A stretch of 50,853 nt of DNA, filler included, from Diploschistes diacapsis (Eukaryota): NCBI GenBank assembly GCA_023645945.1. It is 3 parts of 3 records of this genome, joined end to end, with 100 filler letters (N's around TTAATTAATTAA, not from the genome) between each part and the next. Parts side by side here need not be neighbours in the genome. Positions count along the whole stretch, not along the records: positions 1 to 16,888 come from JALAIB010000482.1; 2 more parts are not named here. One strand, 5' to 3'. A program made the position numbers and the translations under genes. The notes beneath the pieces are model-generated. The model made no database searches. It was not told where the DNA came from and saw nothing but the letters and a program-made list of their open reading frames with translations. The first letter of the stretch is position 1. Each line of letters starts with the position of its first letter. Positions 1 to 13,969 of the stretch are shown here, in pieces.

Positions 1-122
1 AGCTGGCGGCGAGGGAGGACTTTACGGGGGAAGAGGGGCAAGCGCAATTGAGGGAGTTGGTGAGGGATGCGGTGAGGGATGTGGGGAGTGCGGAGAGGAA
101 TGTCAGGGGGAGGGGGGAGTGA
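1..122 (+). CDS. 3' end of a gene, probably an ankyrin-repeat protein (YCR051W-like C-terminus); partial
   Basis: Frame from 3 reads LAAREDFTGEEGQAQLRELVRDAVRDVGSAERNVRGRGE* (TGA 120-122). It resembles the recalled 'IEELAAREDF..EEGQ..LR.LV..A' C-terminus of fungal ankyrin proteins. Confidence 0.45.
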   Translation, partial: LAAREDFTGEEGQAQLRELVRDAVRDVGSAERNVRGRGE

Positions 123-327
123 TCCACGCCCGTTTCTAGGAGGAAGATGAGGATGTTGGAGCTTTTCGTGATCAGGGAAGAAACGGCGCGAGTGGTGCGT
201 CTTTAAGAATATCCTACATTCGATAGGATTGGCGCTGTTTTTCTATCCGTTACCTGCTGTATTGAGCGGGTATTTCTGACAGCCGAATATGGTCGATGCG
301 GCCACTGGTCCTCCTTCGCAACTTCGC

Positions 328-1433
328 TCAGACATCGCCTCTCATGTCTCGGAAGAAATCCATCACGCCTGTGAAGACGACAAGCAGAATACCTCCTCCA
401 GGCCCCAACCTCAACACCTTCGGTAAGAACCCTTTGTACAGCGCTGAAAATCCTTCTTCCCTCATCACGGTGCCGAGTGCTGGCCAAGCCCAGTTATACT
501 TCGGCACCGAGCCCGCAATCTTCGGTGAGTTCTGTATCCGCGACTTCACCACATCCATAGGTGTGTTGAGGATGGTACCGAAAGTTCCACCAACTGCGCC
601 CGCCGTAACGTCGTTGATCATCTGTGACTTCTTGTTATCGGCCTTAGGGAGTTGTTGCCGGACTTGGAAGATACAGCCGAAGTAGCCGGCATTCCAAAGC
701 ACGTGACGCCACATTGTACTCTCAAGACCGTTGTAAAGCGACAAAACCCCTTCCTGCGTGACGATCTTCCTAAAGCAATCCACCATGCCCGCATACTTGC
801 CCGCTTGCGCCTTGTCCTGCAACCTGATCTTGACGAGCTCGAAGGGGACGACGACAAATGATTCCGTTGCTCCAGCGGTGGCACCTGTCAGGACCGAAAG
901 CTTCTGGTCCATCTTTGGTACGCCGAACAGATTCCGGTAGAACTTGCCCCATGCGTCGTTTGCAGCGAACTTTGTAGCTCTTTCTCGAGTCAGCAACGAT
1001 TCTTTTCGAATGATAGCCTCCCTACCTCTTTGGCGCTTCCATCAGGATCGGCGCGCTTATCCCACGGTATAACCTCGAGAAACCCTCATTGCGAACGATC
1101 TTCCGGAAACAATCCACCATCCCATTGTACCCTTCTGGGCCGACAGCCTTGCCGGTCTGGAGCTGCCTGGGCGCCAAGTCAGCGCGACGAAGCCCATGTG
1201 ATTATAGTTCGTACACTCTTGTCTTGACGACGTCTAGAGGGTACCTGCATCCTTATCAGCGCTGTGCTAGGTGTGCGCCTTGTAGGACGAACATCACCAG
1301 GATCTACAATGGCATTAGCAGGAGGATACTGGCGTCAAGGGCCCCACTATGCCTAACTTACTTCCGACACACCAGCTACCGCGCCGGCCGCGAATTGGTA
1401 TATGAAGGGAAGTGGCTTCGGTTCTGTCGCCAT
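328..1433 (-). CDS. ODC1: Mitochondrial 2-oxodicarboxylate carrier (MCF family), multi-exon
   Basis: ATG at 1433 (MATEPKPLPFIYQFAAGAVAGVSE). Carrier signatures P-x-[DE]-x-x-K-x-R occur three times (YPLDVVKTR, VPFELVKIRLQ, TPMDVVKSRIQ). C-terminus is LYKGFLPKVLRLGPGGGILL; GT-AG introns present. Confidence 0.9.
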
Positions 1434-1881
1434 CGTGATGGAGGATACTTAAACGGCCGTCGGCGTGCTGGATAGATATCTCTGGTCGGTTGTAGAGGGT
1501 GAAGGTGATAGAAGTGTTACAGGGCTAACACATGAGATTGTTAGGCGTTACAGTAGATAGCTATTAAAGGGTTAATGGGGAACTTCGTACGGAGCCATCT
1601 GTCAAGCCCAGCAAGCTTAACATCATAAAACGTCTTGGCATCCTGACGGCGGAATGAAGTCCCGCCCGCAGCGAAGTGGGCGATCCATAGGATGAAATCA
1701 AGCTGCCTCCCTTATTTTGCGTCTCGAGGCGTCGACCTTCTGCATCGCAGCTTGCTAAAAGAACACAGATATATGTCGAGCTTGAATCGTCCGGAGCTAT
1801 TCTGAGCAAGCCTATCCCAGTGCTTCAAATTCGGAGAGGTATTCTTCTTTCATCACGTGATCTTGCAGCAATCGCGCTCGG

Positions 1882-1914
1882 ACGCGTCTGTGAAAGTCAA
1901 CAATATGAACGCGT
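1882..1914. promoter_or_regulatory. Two MluI cell-cycle boxes (ACGCGT) upstream of DNA2
   Basis: ACGCGT at 1882-1887 and 1909-1914, 30-65 bp before the DNA2 ATG. MCB elements typify G1/S replication genes in fungi. Confidence 0.55.
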
Positions 1915-1945
1915 GATCGCCGAGGCTAAGGCCGAACCCTCTATC

Positions 1946-4900
1946 ATGGCCAGCAAGCAGAGATCGTTCTTTGACCAGAACCATTCCGTACGATACCCCA
2001 CACTTCTATGCTATAGCCTAGGAGACTGATTCTCTAGAATAAAACTAAATGGTACAATAACAAACGACAGTTTCGACCGAATTTTGCTCCTCCGCTCCCA
2101 CCTAAACCTCCTGTCGTCCAGCCTCCGATTGTTCCCTCCACTCAGTCGAGGTCGAAGCTGAATGCGTTTCGCTACGAAAGCGCTGTACCCGAAACCAAGA
2201 ATACGATGCCCAGGAATCATGTGGCGTTTGCGGAGAAGGAAAATCTACGTCCAAGCCAGCAACAAGGTAAGGCGAAAGAGCTGGTCAAGGGTGGAACTAG
2301 CCCGAATGGCGAGCGCGGAGAGACCGTACGAGACTTCCCTTCAACGCCTGCCGGGAGGGTACCACTCGCGGATCTCATTGGCAATAATGAAGAAGTTCTG
2401 GACAACAGCCCAAGGAAGAGCCCACTGGACGCTGTATCTTGGGACCAACTACCGATAGGCTCCAACGACTCTCTGGCATGCATGACTCCGATAATGAGGA
2501 GAGGGAAGAAACGAGTAAGGAGCGTTTCGCCAACATTATCGCAAAAAGCACGCGCAGCAAAGTCGCTTTTTGATCTCAACGCCGTCTTCAAAACACCGCA
2601 GAACGACCCCGCTCTAGACCTAGAGAATCGCTACTTTGCTCGAAGCAAGCACCAGACGCCTAGCAAGCCTTCCTCATCCGCTGCGCCGGATTTCATGCAC
2701 TCATCTTCTCCAGTAACGCCAGTTCTAGCGAGCGGTGAGAGTGCGAAACTGAGACGCACCGTGAGCTGTGGTGTCGCCTGGCCATCAGGGAACAAGCGCA
2801 GAAAGATAACCGACGGCGGGCTTGCTGAACCGAGGAGAAGTCCCACAACCGACTTCGCCACTATAGATAGGCAGGGAGAACTCCAGAAAATTAACCTTCT
2901 CCTAGACTCTATCCACGATAACCTGCCGGACTCAACCAAGAGTTCACAGCCAGGCAATCCACCGAGTTCGTGTCCACTTCCAGCCGAGGAAACAGTCGAG
3001 ACAGAGGCAGTGACACTGTCTAAGATACTGTCGTCGCACAATGTCCAATCGAGGCAAGCGCCCGTCCCGACAATACAAGATCATGCTCCCGTTCTGTCTC
3101 AGCACCGCGAGCCTCCAGAAGACAGAGAGTCGTCTGACTTTGGTGATACGGATGTGGACCCAGCTATTGCTGGTACTGGCAATTCTATTCCTTCAAGCCC
3201 TGCACAAAGACCTAACGACGAGACAATCTTGAACCCACGAGAACCTCACGTCAAACTACTTGACCAACAAATAGGCATTGGTGGGAAACTACCAGCCAAT
3301 AAAATTGAATCAGATGATCCTTCTATATCCCTTCATCTCAGCCAATCGGCGGAACAAAAGCTTTGCTTGATTCGAGATTTTAATGATAACGGTGATGATG
3401 AATCTGATGATTTCGCTGCCGATATGGAACTGGTTGCGTCTTTGTATGACGAGCAGCCTTCGGCCACTGACACGAAAACCGACGAGCCGCAGCATAAGGT
3501 CAACGTGACAGATGTTGTTCAAAACCTACCCATCCAGCCAGAACTCGATAACATTCCAGAAACTTCCAAAGCTGCGAGAGCAGTCCTAGACATATCCTCG
3601 GATGAGGAGTTTGGCGACGATGACTTTGAAGAGATTGCAAACGAAATCGAGCGAGCAACACAGGCGGGGGAGGACCTTTCCTCAGTGCGTCTGCCATCTC
3701 AGAGAAATTTAGATAGCTGCTAAATGTGTTGTAGAAAAAGAGCAATGAAACCACGATACTACGTTATGTGATTGTCTCCGTGACTGAAAGCATGTATGAA
3801 AAGAATGGTCGTTCCGCCTGCCCAGAAAAGGTAACCGCGGCTCAGAGTGCAGAAAGAGAGCTTCGATTGCTAACATGACAAGGTCGTGCACATCCAAGAA
3901 GACAAGAAAAAGCAGCATAAAGTCGTCCTCCTAAGAGACTCCTGGTTCGACAGTCCGTGCACCGACGGCTCCTTCGTCCACGTCCTGGGTAGCTTCGACA
4001 AGCTCGGCCAATGCGTGGTCGACGACGCCGAAAACTTCCTGATCCTCCACCCAGACCATCTCATATCCGCCACCGTCGTGGCAGACTCTTTCTCCTGCAC
4101 GAGGCGCGCTGTGCTGCAGGACCGAGTCAAGGCGACGAGCGCCGCGAACGCGCCCCAGGTCTACGGACACATTCTCCACGAGGTTTTCCAAGAGGCTTTG
4201 AAGGCAAATCGATGGGACACCGAGTGGCTGACCGAACTGATCGGGTTGATATGCACGCGCTATTTGGAGACCTTGTACGAGATTCAGGTCGAGGTGCGGC
4301 TCGCTGTGGATCACCTCATGAGCAAAGTCCCCGAATTGCAAGCTTGGGCGAGGCTTTTTGTCAGCGCGCGGCTGAGGGTGAGTTAGGATTACTTCGTACA
4401 TTCTACGATATAATTAACTTCAAAATAGTCGGAAGCAGTCGTTCAAGATCGCAATGGCGGCACAGCGCTCATGAGCATCAACAAGCTGCTGGACGTTGAA
4501 GAGCACGTGTGGTCTCCGCGCTACGGACTCAAAGGCAACATCGACGCAACGGTCCAAGTTCTGATGAAGGATACGGGTGACGAGAGGACCTTGACTGTTC
4601 CTCTTGAGGTCAAGACGGGGAAGAACAACTCTAGCGTCTCCCACAAGGCGCAGACGGCTCTGTATACCCTTTTGCTGTCGGATCGATACGGTAGGTCGCG
4701 TTCACCCTACCTTCGATCGATAACTGACAAGCCCTCTAGACGTCCAGATCGCTTACGGTATCCTGTATTACCTCGAGACCTCCGAGACCTCTCGAATAGC
4801 GGGTGTGCGGCGCGAGCTCGTGGGCATGATAAAGCAGCGCAACCTGCTCGCGTGCTACGTGAGGGACCGCGTTGAGCTGCCACCCATGCTGAAAGACACC

Positions 4901-7378
4901 CGAATGTGCGGAAAGTGCTACGCCCAAAAAGCGTGTTTTGCCTACCATCGGCTCACTGAGGATGGCGATGGTCGGACAAGCGGACTGAAGGCGACGTTCA
5001 TGGACGCCGTGAAGCACCTGCAGCCCGCCCACCGAGAATTCTTCAAGAAATGGGACGACCTGCTGACGAAGGAGGAGGCTGACGTCCTGAAGTTTCGCAG
5101 GGAACTTTGGACGATGCTGAGCTCTGAAAGGGAGAGAGTCGGGAGATGCTTTGGGAGTCTAGTCATTGAGCCTGGGTCGGCTGAGGAGCTGACGGATGCG
5201 CCGAAGATCAATCGCTTCCAGTATGCATTTGTCAAGCACAAGGATGCTCCTAACTTCTCCTTCACTGATTCGCAAATTACCATCGGAGAGCCAATCGTAG
5301 TGTCGGACGAAGCCGGACACTACGCCCTTGCAAATGGTTACGTGACTCATGTGCGAAAGAACCGTATTACAGTCGCCGTTGACCGCCGCCTTCACAACGC
5401 CAGAATCAAAGGTCAGAACTTCAACGCGGAGACAAACCAGAACTTTGCTGGGATTATGAAGGTTGTCGAACACGGAGAGACCCAGCAAACCCTCACACCC
5501 CAGGAACCCGCCTCGCCCGTCCTCTACCGCCTTGACAAAGACGAATTCAGCAACGGTATGGCTACGGTCCGTAATAACCTCATTCGCCTCATGGACGGTG
5601 ATCTCTTCGGCTCTTCCAATCTCCGAAAGCTCATTGTCGAAGGCTCACCTCCCTCGTTCTCGCCTTCAACATCCCAGAACAACAGGAACTGGACCTCTTC
5701 CAGCCAAGACACCCTCAACGTCGACCAAAAGGCAGCCATCGGGAAGGTAATGTCCGCCAACCACTACGCTTTGGTACTCGGCATGCCTGGCACCGGCAAA
5801 ACCACGACAATCGCGCACATCATCCGCGCCCTAACCGCGATGGGTAAATCCGTCCTCCTCACCTCTTACACGCACACGGCCGTCGACAACATCCTCCTCA
5901 AACTTCGACCCCCTCTGTCCCCCTCTGGCACTCAAAATCGCCCCATCTCCATCCTGCGTCTCGGCGCCCTCGCGAAAATCCACCCCGATGTCTCCACCTT
6001 CGCAGACCTCGCCTGCACGCCCAAATCGTCGTTCCAGGAGCTCGAAAGCTCCTACTCCGCACAGGTAGTAGCAACGACTTGTCTTGGCATCAATCACCCC
6101 ATCTTCCACTCCCGCATCTTCGACTATTGCATCGTCGACGAAGCCTCGCAGATCACGCTGCCGGTGTGTCTAGGGCCAATAGGCATGGCGAAGAAATTCG
6201 TGCTGGTGGGAGACCACTTCCAGCTGCCGCCACTCGTGCAGAACAAAGCGGCGGCCGAGGGCGGGCTGGACGTTAGTTTGTTCAAGGCGTTGAGCGATAG
6301 ACACCCGGCGAGCGTCGTCAGTTTGGAACATCAGTACCGGATGTGCGAGGACATTATGGCTTTAAGTAACAGTTTGATCTACGACGGGAGGCTGAAGTGC
6401 GGGACCGAGGCTGTGGGGACCAGGAGGATCGAGATGCTGGGATGGCCGGCGGGGCTGAAGGGATTTCATCATACATCCCCCGAGACTCTTGCTTCGGACC
6501 AGAAGTCGTTCTGCGTCGGGCCGACGCCGGGTGGAGGGTGCTGGCTTTACGACGCGCTGGATGGGGAGAGGAGAGTCGTATTCCTGGACACGGACGCCTT
6601 GGGCCCGAGCGCGAGGGAAATCGCAAAAGGCAACCGCATAACGAATTCTCTAGAGGTTACGCTAACGACGCACCTCGTTGAATCCATCCTCTCCTCCGGC
6701 GTCTCGACATCCGACGTGGGAGTAATAACGCTGTACCGCTCACAGCTTGCACTGTTGAAACATAGCTTGCGGCGACACCAGGGCGCCGTCGAGATGCACA
6801 CGGCGGATAGGTTCCAGGGCCGCGACAAAGAAGCCGTCATCCTCTCTCTCGTGAGGAGTAACGAGGTGGGAAACGTGGGAGAACTACTGCTCGACTGGCG
6901 CCGCGTGAACGTCGCGCTGACGAGAGCAAGAACGAAACTCGTCATTATTGGGAGTCTGGCAACGGTGAGGAGGGGTAGCGAGCTTTTGAGGAAGTTTGCT
7001 GAGATGTGTCAAGCACGAGGATGGGTAAGGAGCTTAAGAGAGGGGGATGTGGAAGGGCATAGTTTTGAGGAGTGGAGGACGCAGACACAAGGGGTAAGTG
7101 GTGTATTGGAAGCGTCCAGGGAGGAGGGAGAAACGAAAGAGGAGAAGGGAGATGGAAAGAAGGTGAGGTTTGACTTGGAAGATGAAAAAATGGAGAGTGA
7201 CATGGAGGTTGGGAGGAGAGGACAAAGTCCGAAGAAAAGTCCCAAGACGAACGTTGTCGGTGATAATCGAGGGAGGTTGAAGATGCGGAGGCCGGAGAAG
7301 GTGAAGAGATGGCATATTGATGATGTTTTCAAAAGAAGGCCGGTTATGAGAGATGTGAGAAATCAGGCGCTTGGATAA
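1946..7378 (+). CDS. DNA2: DNA replication ATP-dependent helicase/nuclease Dna2, multi-exon
   Basis: Disordered N-terminus; nuclease/Fe-S region (SFSCTRRAVL, EEHVWSPRYGLKGNIDAT, LEVKTGK, C-x2-C-x5-C); SF1 helicase motifs GMPGTGKTT, IVDEASQ, LVGDHFQLPP, QYRM, TADRFQGRDKE, RRVNVALTRA. Joins ORFs 2206-3723, 3886-4386, 4471-4875 and 4805-7378. Confidence 0.95.
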
Positions 7379-7584
7379 GACCTCCAGAGCTGAGGCTTTG
7401 GCGTACAGACATGGTGGTTGCAGTTGGTTATAGGATCACGGGGTTTTTGTTACTCGTTCTTATCTTAGAATATACCATTTACGTGACTGCAGGATAGAGT
7501 GATACATACTTTCATTTCTCTGCAACTGCGAAGTCCCGATAGATTCGGCGTTTGTGACAATGGCTCTCGTCAACGGCTTGTTGG

Positions 7585-9177
7585 CTACCTTGGATCAACT
7601 CCATTAATCAACTCCCAAAGCAAGAAGTCCCTCTGGCCTGACGTCTCCTCTTTCGTTTCTTCGTCGGCTTGGCCTTTCTTATCCATCCCTTTCGTCACTT
7701 CTTCTTCCTCATCCACTTCCATTTCGTTTGACTCCCTCGCCGCTGGAGGCGGCAAAGAAGAGATTTCAGGTGCCATCAGCACAGCCCATCCGTCCCTCCC
7801 CTCTACCGCCTCGGTTTTCATCGCCACACCCAAGAGCGTAAACCACGCCTCTCTCTGCTCCACTAGGGTTACCCTATTTTCCCGGATGAGCTACTCTCTA
7901 CTATAACTCCAATAGTATACAAGCACAACAAGGCTTGCTCCCGACATTTTATCTAGGAGGGTAACATACCAGAGGAGAGAAAATAGCTTCCTAACCCAGC
8001 TCTCAGGAACGAACCCCCGCCATCTGAGGGTAGCCACGTTTCCCACATTGCTCTTTTCTCTATTGGGGATGTCGTACCGACAAAGGTAGGCGTCTATGTT
8101 ATCTCCATCTACTAGACGTGGGCTATTTAGTGTGAGGAGGCCAAGCCATTCAAGGATATCCAGAACGTCTTCGTCGCGGGTCCACTGGCTGGTGCTTGAG
8201 TCAGCCGGTGGCGGACTGAGCGGGGGGATGAGAATATCCTTATAGTGAGTTATCGTCGGTGTAACAGTTTTCGGGATTGGGTGGTGCTCGTGGATAGTCT
8301 GGGCAGCTGGGGGATGTTTAGCTAGCTAACCTGTTTCAAGAACTTCAAGAAGGGCAAACTCACCATCTATAGGCATCGTCTTCTGGTTACAGTCCCTGAA
8401 TAACCAGACGATGGGGTCCGTGAGGACGTTCTTGAATGCCCACCTTATACGCTCAAACCCTTTCTTGCCGTTTACCATTGAGGGAAGGCGCAGGTTAATT
8501 TCTATACCTGTTTAGATCAGTTGCAAGATCCAGCAACGACCTCAAGTTTGACGGAGAGGCAGCGTATACAGAATCTAGTTTTAACATGCTTCCTTCCTCC
8601 ATCATGAATTGGTTTGCCAACCAGTCCAGCTCTCTCATAGAGTTCCTTAGGGAGTTCTAGGCGGAGGATTCCTATATTAGATTAACTTGGCCGACTGACA
8701 AGGTCGAATGAGAAGCAAAAACGACCTTCTCGAAGCGAAAATAGGGGGTCGACGCCGGGTCGGCCTTCCGAAAGCATGTCAATCTTTCCTGTAAGAGCAT
8801 TTGAGCGCAAAACTTGGGGGAGGGCGTGACGGAGACTGATACCGGTCTTTATGAAGATATTAAAGAGATCTCCTTCCACAAGCGCTGATAGGGGGACGCT
8901 AATGCGGTAGTACCGGATAGCTTCGAGGTTACTCAAAACTTGCTGCTGGACGAGCTCGAGGTGATCCTCTGGCAGAGCTAGATCAATCTAAGGCTGCTTA
9001 GTTGGCTGTTCGTTCGCTCACGCGATGACTGACTGTATGACACCAGCGATGTGAAGCAATTGTCGAGTATGGTTTCTTTGAGCCTGGTGGCCGCTCTGCA
9101 TTCATAAGAATGGGCAACGTGCCGTGGGTTGTTAGGCATTTTGGTGATGGTGTAGATCTGATGGCTGATTGAAACAT
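7585..9177 (-). CDS. RPP40: Ribonuclease P/MRP 40 kDa subunit (Rpp40-like), multi-exon
   Basis: Manual translation of the short exons gives EGDLFNIFIKTG, MLSEGRPGVD, LRLELPKELYERAGLVGKP, INLRLPSMVNGKKGFERIRWAFKNVL and DILEWLGLLTLNSPRL, matching recalled fungal Rpp40 motifs. ATG at 9177. Confidence 0.75.
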
Positions 9178-9787
9178 GAATCTTGGATCCGAAACTCAGA
9201 CTTCGATCTAGGGAACCATGTTGTCGTATTACCGAGCAGTGTAACGCTATAGGAATACAAAGATTGTGGAATGCATTTCATGACATCTCAATGTTGAACC
9301 CTAACCCTAGGTCTCACCGAGACTTATCTGTACCCCTAATTCGATACTGTAATAGGCAAAAGAAACAGCGTCTCAAGTGGGCAGAAGTTATCCAAGCTGT
9401 GTTTCTTTTGAAAGGTTGCCTTTGATTTATATCTAAATTCAGCCTTGAGCTTAGGAGACTATTTCCGCGATAGCAAATTGGCGTATGAAAGCTTATCGTC
9501 ATGATCAAAACAGTATCAACATTTACATCAAGGGACTTCTCTAGCTTTCCGGAAATTTGACTATCATCCTCTCTCCGAGGAACTCAACTGAAGAGCCTAG
9601 ATGAATAAGTTTTGTTAGTTCAACATCCAGCCATACCTGATCAGAAGTACATCGGCCGCTAATTCGCTTCCATCCAGGCATCTTGTTGCCATCTTATTGT
9701 AATTTTCTCAGATGTCCCCCAGAATCAACCGCTATCTCAGCGATCCCAGTTCTCTTGCTCTTCTTCCCTCATCATGTCTTGACGACC

Positions 9788-11248
9788 TCAAAAGGAACCA
9801 CCCGCAGCACCGACAACCTTCAAACCTCCCACCTCCCCTGCAACAGCAATCCAATACCGACTCGGATGCCAACTAACACACTGCGCCATGTTCCCTACTC
9901 CTGTACTTCCACTCGAGCCCGGCGCCACCGTTCCTACCTCATCATCTCCGTCGCTTAACTGTCGACGAACCGTCGTCCCTGCCTGGCTACCTTCCATGAG
10001 CACCCCTCCGACCACGTCTCCACTTTCCACGTGACATATCTCTAGAGTGCCGCACTCTTCGCTCCCTGCGGCGAGGTAGGCGCCGTCAAAGGAGAAACCC
10101 ACGCTTCGGATTGACCCGGCGCAGTAGTCTAGTGCTCGCTTACAGACCCAGTCGGTAGTGTCACAGAGAGCGATGATGGCATCAGAGCCGCCGGTGGCTA
10201 GATGTCGGCCGGTTGGCGACAGGGCGATGGAAGTACAGGAAGAAGGGTGCGCGGGAATGGTGTGGTGAATTGTCAGGTGCGGCTGTGATTGAGTCGAGGA
10301 GGGAGATGATGAGGGAGGTTGTGGGGTAGAGGCATCGTGGGAATCGGAAGCCGCTGCGGCGATGTTTGTTGTCCTATTCGTTTGAGGGGGTAGGTGTGCA
10401 AGGTCGGCAGCTGAGGAGGTGGTTGCGCCTGTGGTGGCCGTTGCTGCCGTGTCTATCGATGAGCTAAGAGAGGAGGCAACTGGTACAAGCGGCGGATCCC
10501 GTGGGTAGGTAGCAACTTTGACTGTGCCGTTACCCGTTGTGATAAAGAGTGTATGGTCCTTTGCGGAGGCTGTGGTGGGCGCGAAGACAGTTTGGTTGGT
10601 TTGGACGTACTGAGGAAGGGCAGGGTGGACGGTGAAGGAAGGGACCGAGATAGGCACTAGAGATTCTTCTTCCTATGGCATAGTTGTAAGCTTCGGTAGA
10701 GATATGCCGAGCAAGGAGCCGGTTCTCACAGGTCTGTCGGCCCCTCTGCCAGCCATTACCATGCTTCCGTCAGAGGCCCAACTAAGCGACAACCCTCTTG
10801 CACCTAGTTGCACAGTCTCGATGCATTTTTTGCTCCTCACATCCCAGAACCGGACTGTTCCATCCGTTGAAACCGATGCTAGCTCCGCCTCTTTTGTTGG
10901 GTTCCATGCTACTCTCTCAATCGCCCCTGTGTGGCCACGCAGCTCGGTACTGTTTTTCACTTGCGGTTTCTCTGGATTCCATATTCGAAGAGTACGGTCT
11001 TGCGAGCCTGTAGCGATCAAGTGGCCCGTCGGGTTCCAAGCTATTGTACGAATACTGGCCGGTGTAATGTTAGTCGGGATGCGACCTGATGGAGACATGG
11101 CATCGGGAGAACTCTAGATGTGCAGCACTTACGCATGAGATCCAGGACCGCGAGAGCCAGGATCGTAATAAGTTTGAGTTTTCAGTGAATTGAAGGTGGC
11201 ACTAAACTTCTCCTTTGTGACCGACCTGCTTTTCTGCGTAGGAGGCAT
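9788..11248 (-). CDS. TEX1: WD40 protein, THO/TREX complex subunit 3 (Tex1/THOC3)
   Basis: IRTIAWNPTGHLIATGSQDRTLRIWNPEK, ELRGHTGAIERVAWNP, LATGGSDAIIAL.DTTDWVC, VSWHPSRYWIA. ATG at 11248; two introns. Confidence 0.8.
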
Positions 11249-12261
11249 CCTTAGTTCCTGGAATCCCGCAGTAGTCCGGATAGAAAGGTGCGGGCGCTAA
11301 GGCTATTAAGGGCCATTCTGCCCTTTGACAGAGGTTTATTGAGAGGTACCATAAACATCTTACAGAGTGTGCGCAAGGTAGTGAAAAACGATGCCCAGTA
11401 AAAAGGAGAGGACTGTGGTAGTCAAATTAAAGCTACCCATAGGTTTCGAACATCTCTCTGTAATACCTAGACCATCTGACAATCAATGGAAAGATGGTTT
11501 TTTCTTTGAAACCAACCATCTACGTAATACAATGATAAGAGCAGAGCCTGCTGTAGATATTGCATGCTCGCAATATCCTCGAGTCAAATGAGAATTTGAT
11601 GATTTATTATCCCGTTGCGCCTGCTCGTCTACCAGCTGCTAATAGCCGAAGCGCTCTGAATAGTAGCTATCTATGCACATGATGAACAAGTAACGAAACT
11701 CAATAAGACCATCGAATGCAGCCGGAGAACAACGAGTTCCTTTCAGTGTGCATGTCTCTGTCGCCGATTGTTCAGATACTGTTGCCGACTTGAAAAGAGT
11801 AAGAGGCAAAGCTGACCAGTCAAGGCAAGCACCTTGCACCCAACGGTTGCATTCTCATAACTTGAGCCTTCTCACGTTCGTTGAGTGCTTCTCAAAGTCA
11901 CCCGACCCAGTTTTTCTTTTCATTAGATAATTGTTCCATGTTGCCCTAGCAGGCTGCCCTTGGCACCCACAGCAACGGGCATGCGAATGGTGACCGGTGG
12001 TGTCAGTGAGTAAATAAGCAACGACACCGGAAACCGCCTCTCCAAAAACGCCGAGAAAATGCAATATCATTAGTCAAGCCTAAGTAGGCTTGATCTCGCA
12101 GTTGCTGTACGAGGTGGCTGTCGTCCACTTCCAGCAGCCACACTAAAAATGAGGGAAACATTCGTTATGGTAACAATGACCTTGAATACTCCAACTTGAA
12201 ATCCAGTCGTGTCGTGAGCAGTAAAGATGCACCAATAGTCAAATCGGATTGTTGGCTTCGG

Positions 12262-13969
12262 TTACCGGGACTTGATATCCTTCCCAAGCGGTGTTGTCTT
12301 GCGCTGAGCGCGGTGAACGCGTTCCATGTACTCTTCAGACCATTGGCGGACAATTAGAGAAGCTGGATGGCCATCAGCATAGTTGCTAAATGAAGCTAGC
12401 GTGATGCTTACCTTTCAAAAACTTTTTGCTAGCATACTTGGCATGGAATGCTTCGTGGCGAATATCACCACAGCAGTAGTCCAGCAGAAGCTGGAAGACT
12501 GGCATAATCTCCTCCTCGGTGTACCCTGCGTAGTGCGCAAGAGTAGGTGTCTAGGTAACATTAGTACATAGGGCCCCTAAGTCATGATTTGTTACGTACC
12601 CAATCACCACGCTTCAGTATAAGACGTGACATGTACATGGCAGCCGCTGCAACGTGACTTGGTGGGAATTCAAGGAAGCGATGATCTAGCATACTGATCT
12701 CCAGGAGAAATTTGCCCAGGGTACGCGTTTGGATATCGTAGTTGTCCGCCTTGGAGATTCGTCGCAGGAAGTTCATCGGATTGGGATAGCTCAGGTCATA
12801 GTTCAGCGCTGACAGGATGAACCTCTCTGCATCCAGAATCTGAGAGTCCTTGTAGTCCTTGGCCATGTAGCTAAAGTTAGAAACGTGGGGTGAAATAACT
12901 TCCTCGTACTTTGATGCGATGAACATGGCAGTGATACCGACGAGCTGCAACTTATCCAATTGAACAATTTTTGTGGAGAGAAACCGATCGATAATGTTGA
13001 TAGCGAGGTAAAATGTTTCTGGAAGCAAGGAGAAACGTTGATGGACCTGGATGAGCCAGTCGTTCAAGATGTCTCTGTCGCTCCAGTCAATGTGCTCCTG
13101 GTGAGCCATGTAGTCAGGGTTTGGCATTGTCGCCACTTCAAGGTCTCTCAAGTACTCAAAAATTTCTACAGCGTACTCAGCAACCATGAGAGGGTCTTCG
13201 AGATCTTCTGCGTCGAGATCAAGGATTTCTTCCTCTGAAATTTCAGTCACGACAGGCTCGGACACGCGAACTTCGGGCTTGGCTTCCGACTCAACCGTCT
13301 TAACTTTCACGGTTTCCACTGTGTGGCCGTTGGCGCTCTGCTCTACTTCAACGGAGAAGGTTCGCTTCGGGGGCTCATTCTCAGTTGCCGGGGTCTCTTC
13401 CTTAGTCTGACTTGTACCGGACCCGGTTGCACGCTTCTTTACTGCGCGCTCCTGCACGTCACTCGCTGGCCGCTTCAGATCCCCGCTGGCCGCCTTCGAT
13501 TTGTTGGTTTCTTTTGAGCGCGTCGAATTCATCCGAGCGGGCTTCTGGACTCCGGCGTTTGTGGATTTCGACACCAATACGGGCCGGCCTGCCGCTAGCT
13601 TCTTGCCAGCTTTGTCCTCACTTGACTCAGTCTTGGTGATGTTTTTGACATCGGCAAGAGCAGTACGCTTGCGCTGCGCAGGAGCTCCGTTGATGGTATT
13701 GGAAGAGGCCTTTTTGGATTGCAAAGCTTTTTTCACCATTCCCTCGCTAAGCTCATCATGTCCTCCCAGAGCAGCAGCTTTGGCTCTAGTCACACGCGTT
13801 GGGGCGGCATTCTCGTCGTTTTCATTGTTTGCAGCACGCTGCCTCACTGTACGAGCCTGAAAGAGTATTAGGAAATTGAAGAGACAAGAGCATGAAATAT
13901 ATGTCTTTAGGTGAATTGGGAAAGCGCGACCAGCAGGTAAACAGAAGGTACAAAACTTACGGGAGGCAT
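12262..13969 (-). CDS. nimE: G2/mitotic-specific B-type cyclin (NimE/Cdc13/Clb2 type)
   Basis: Destruction box RTALADVKN; cyclin box DPLMVAEYAVEIFEYL, LQLVGITAMFIASKYEE, YPNPMNFLRRISKAD. Micro first exon MPP at 13969; terminal exons end at TAA 12262-12264. Confidence 0.92.
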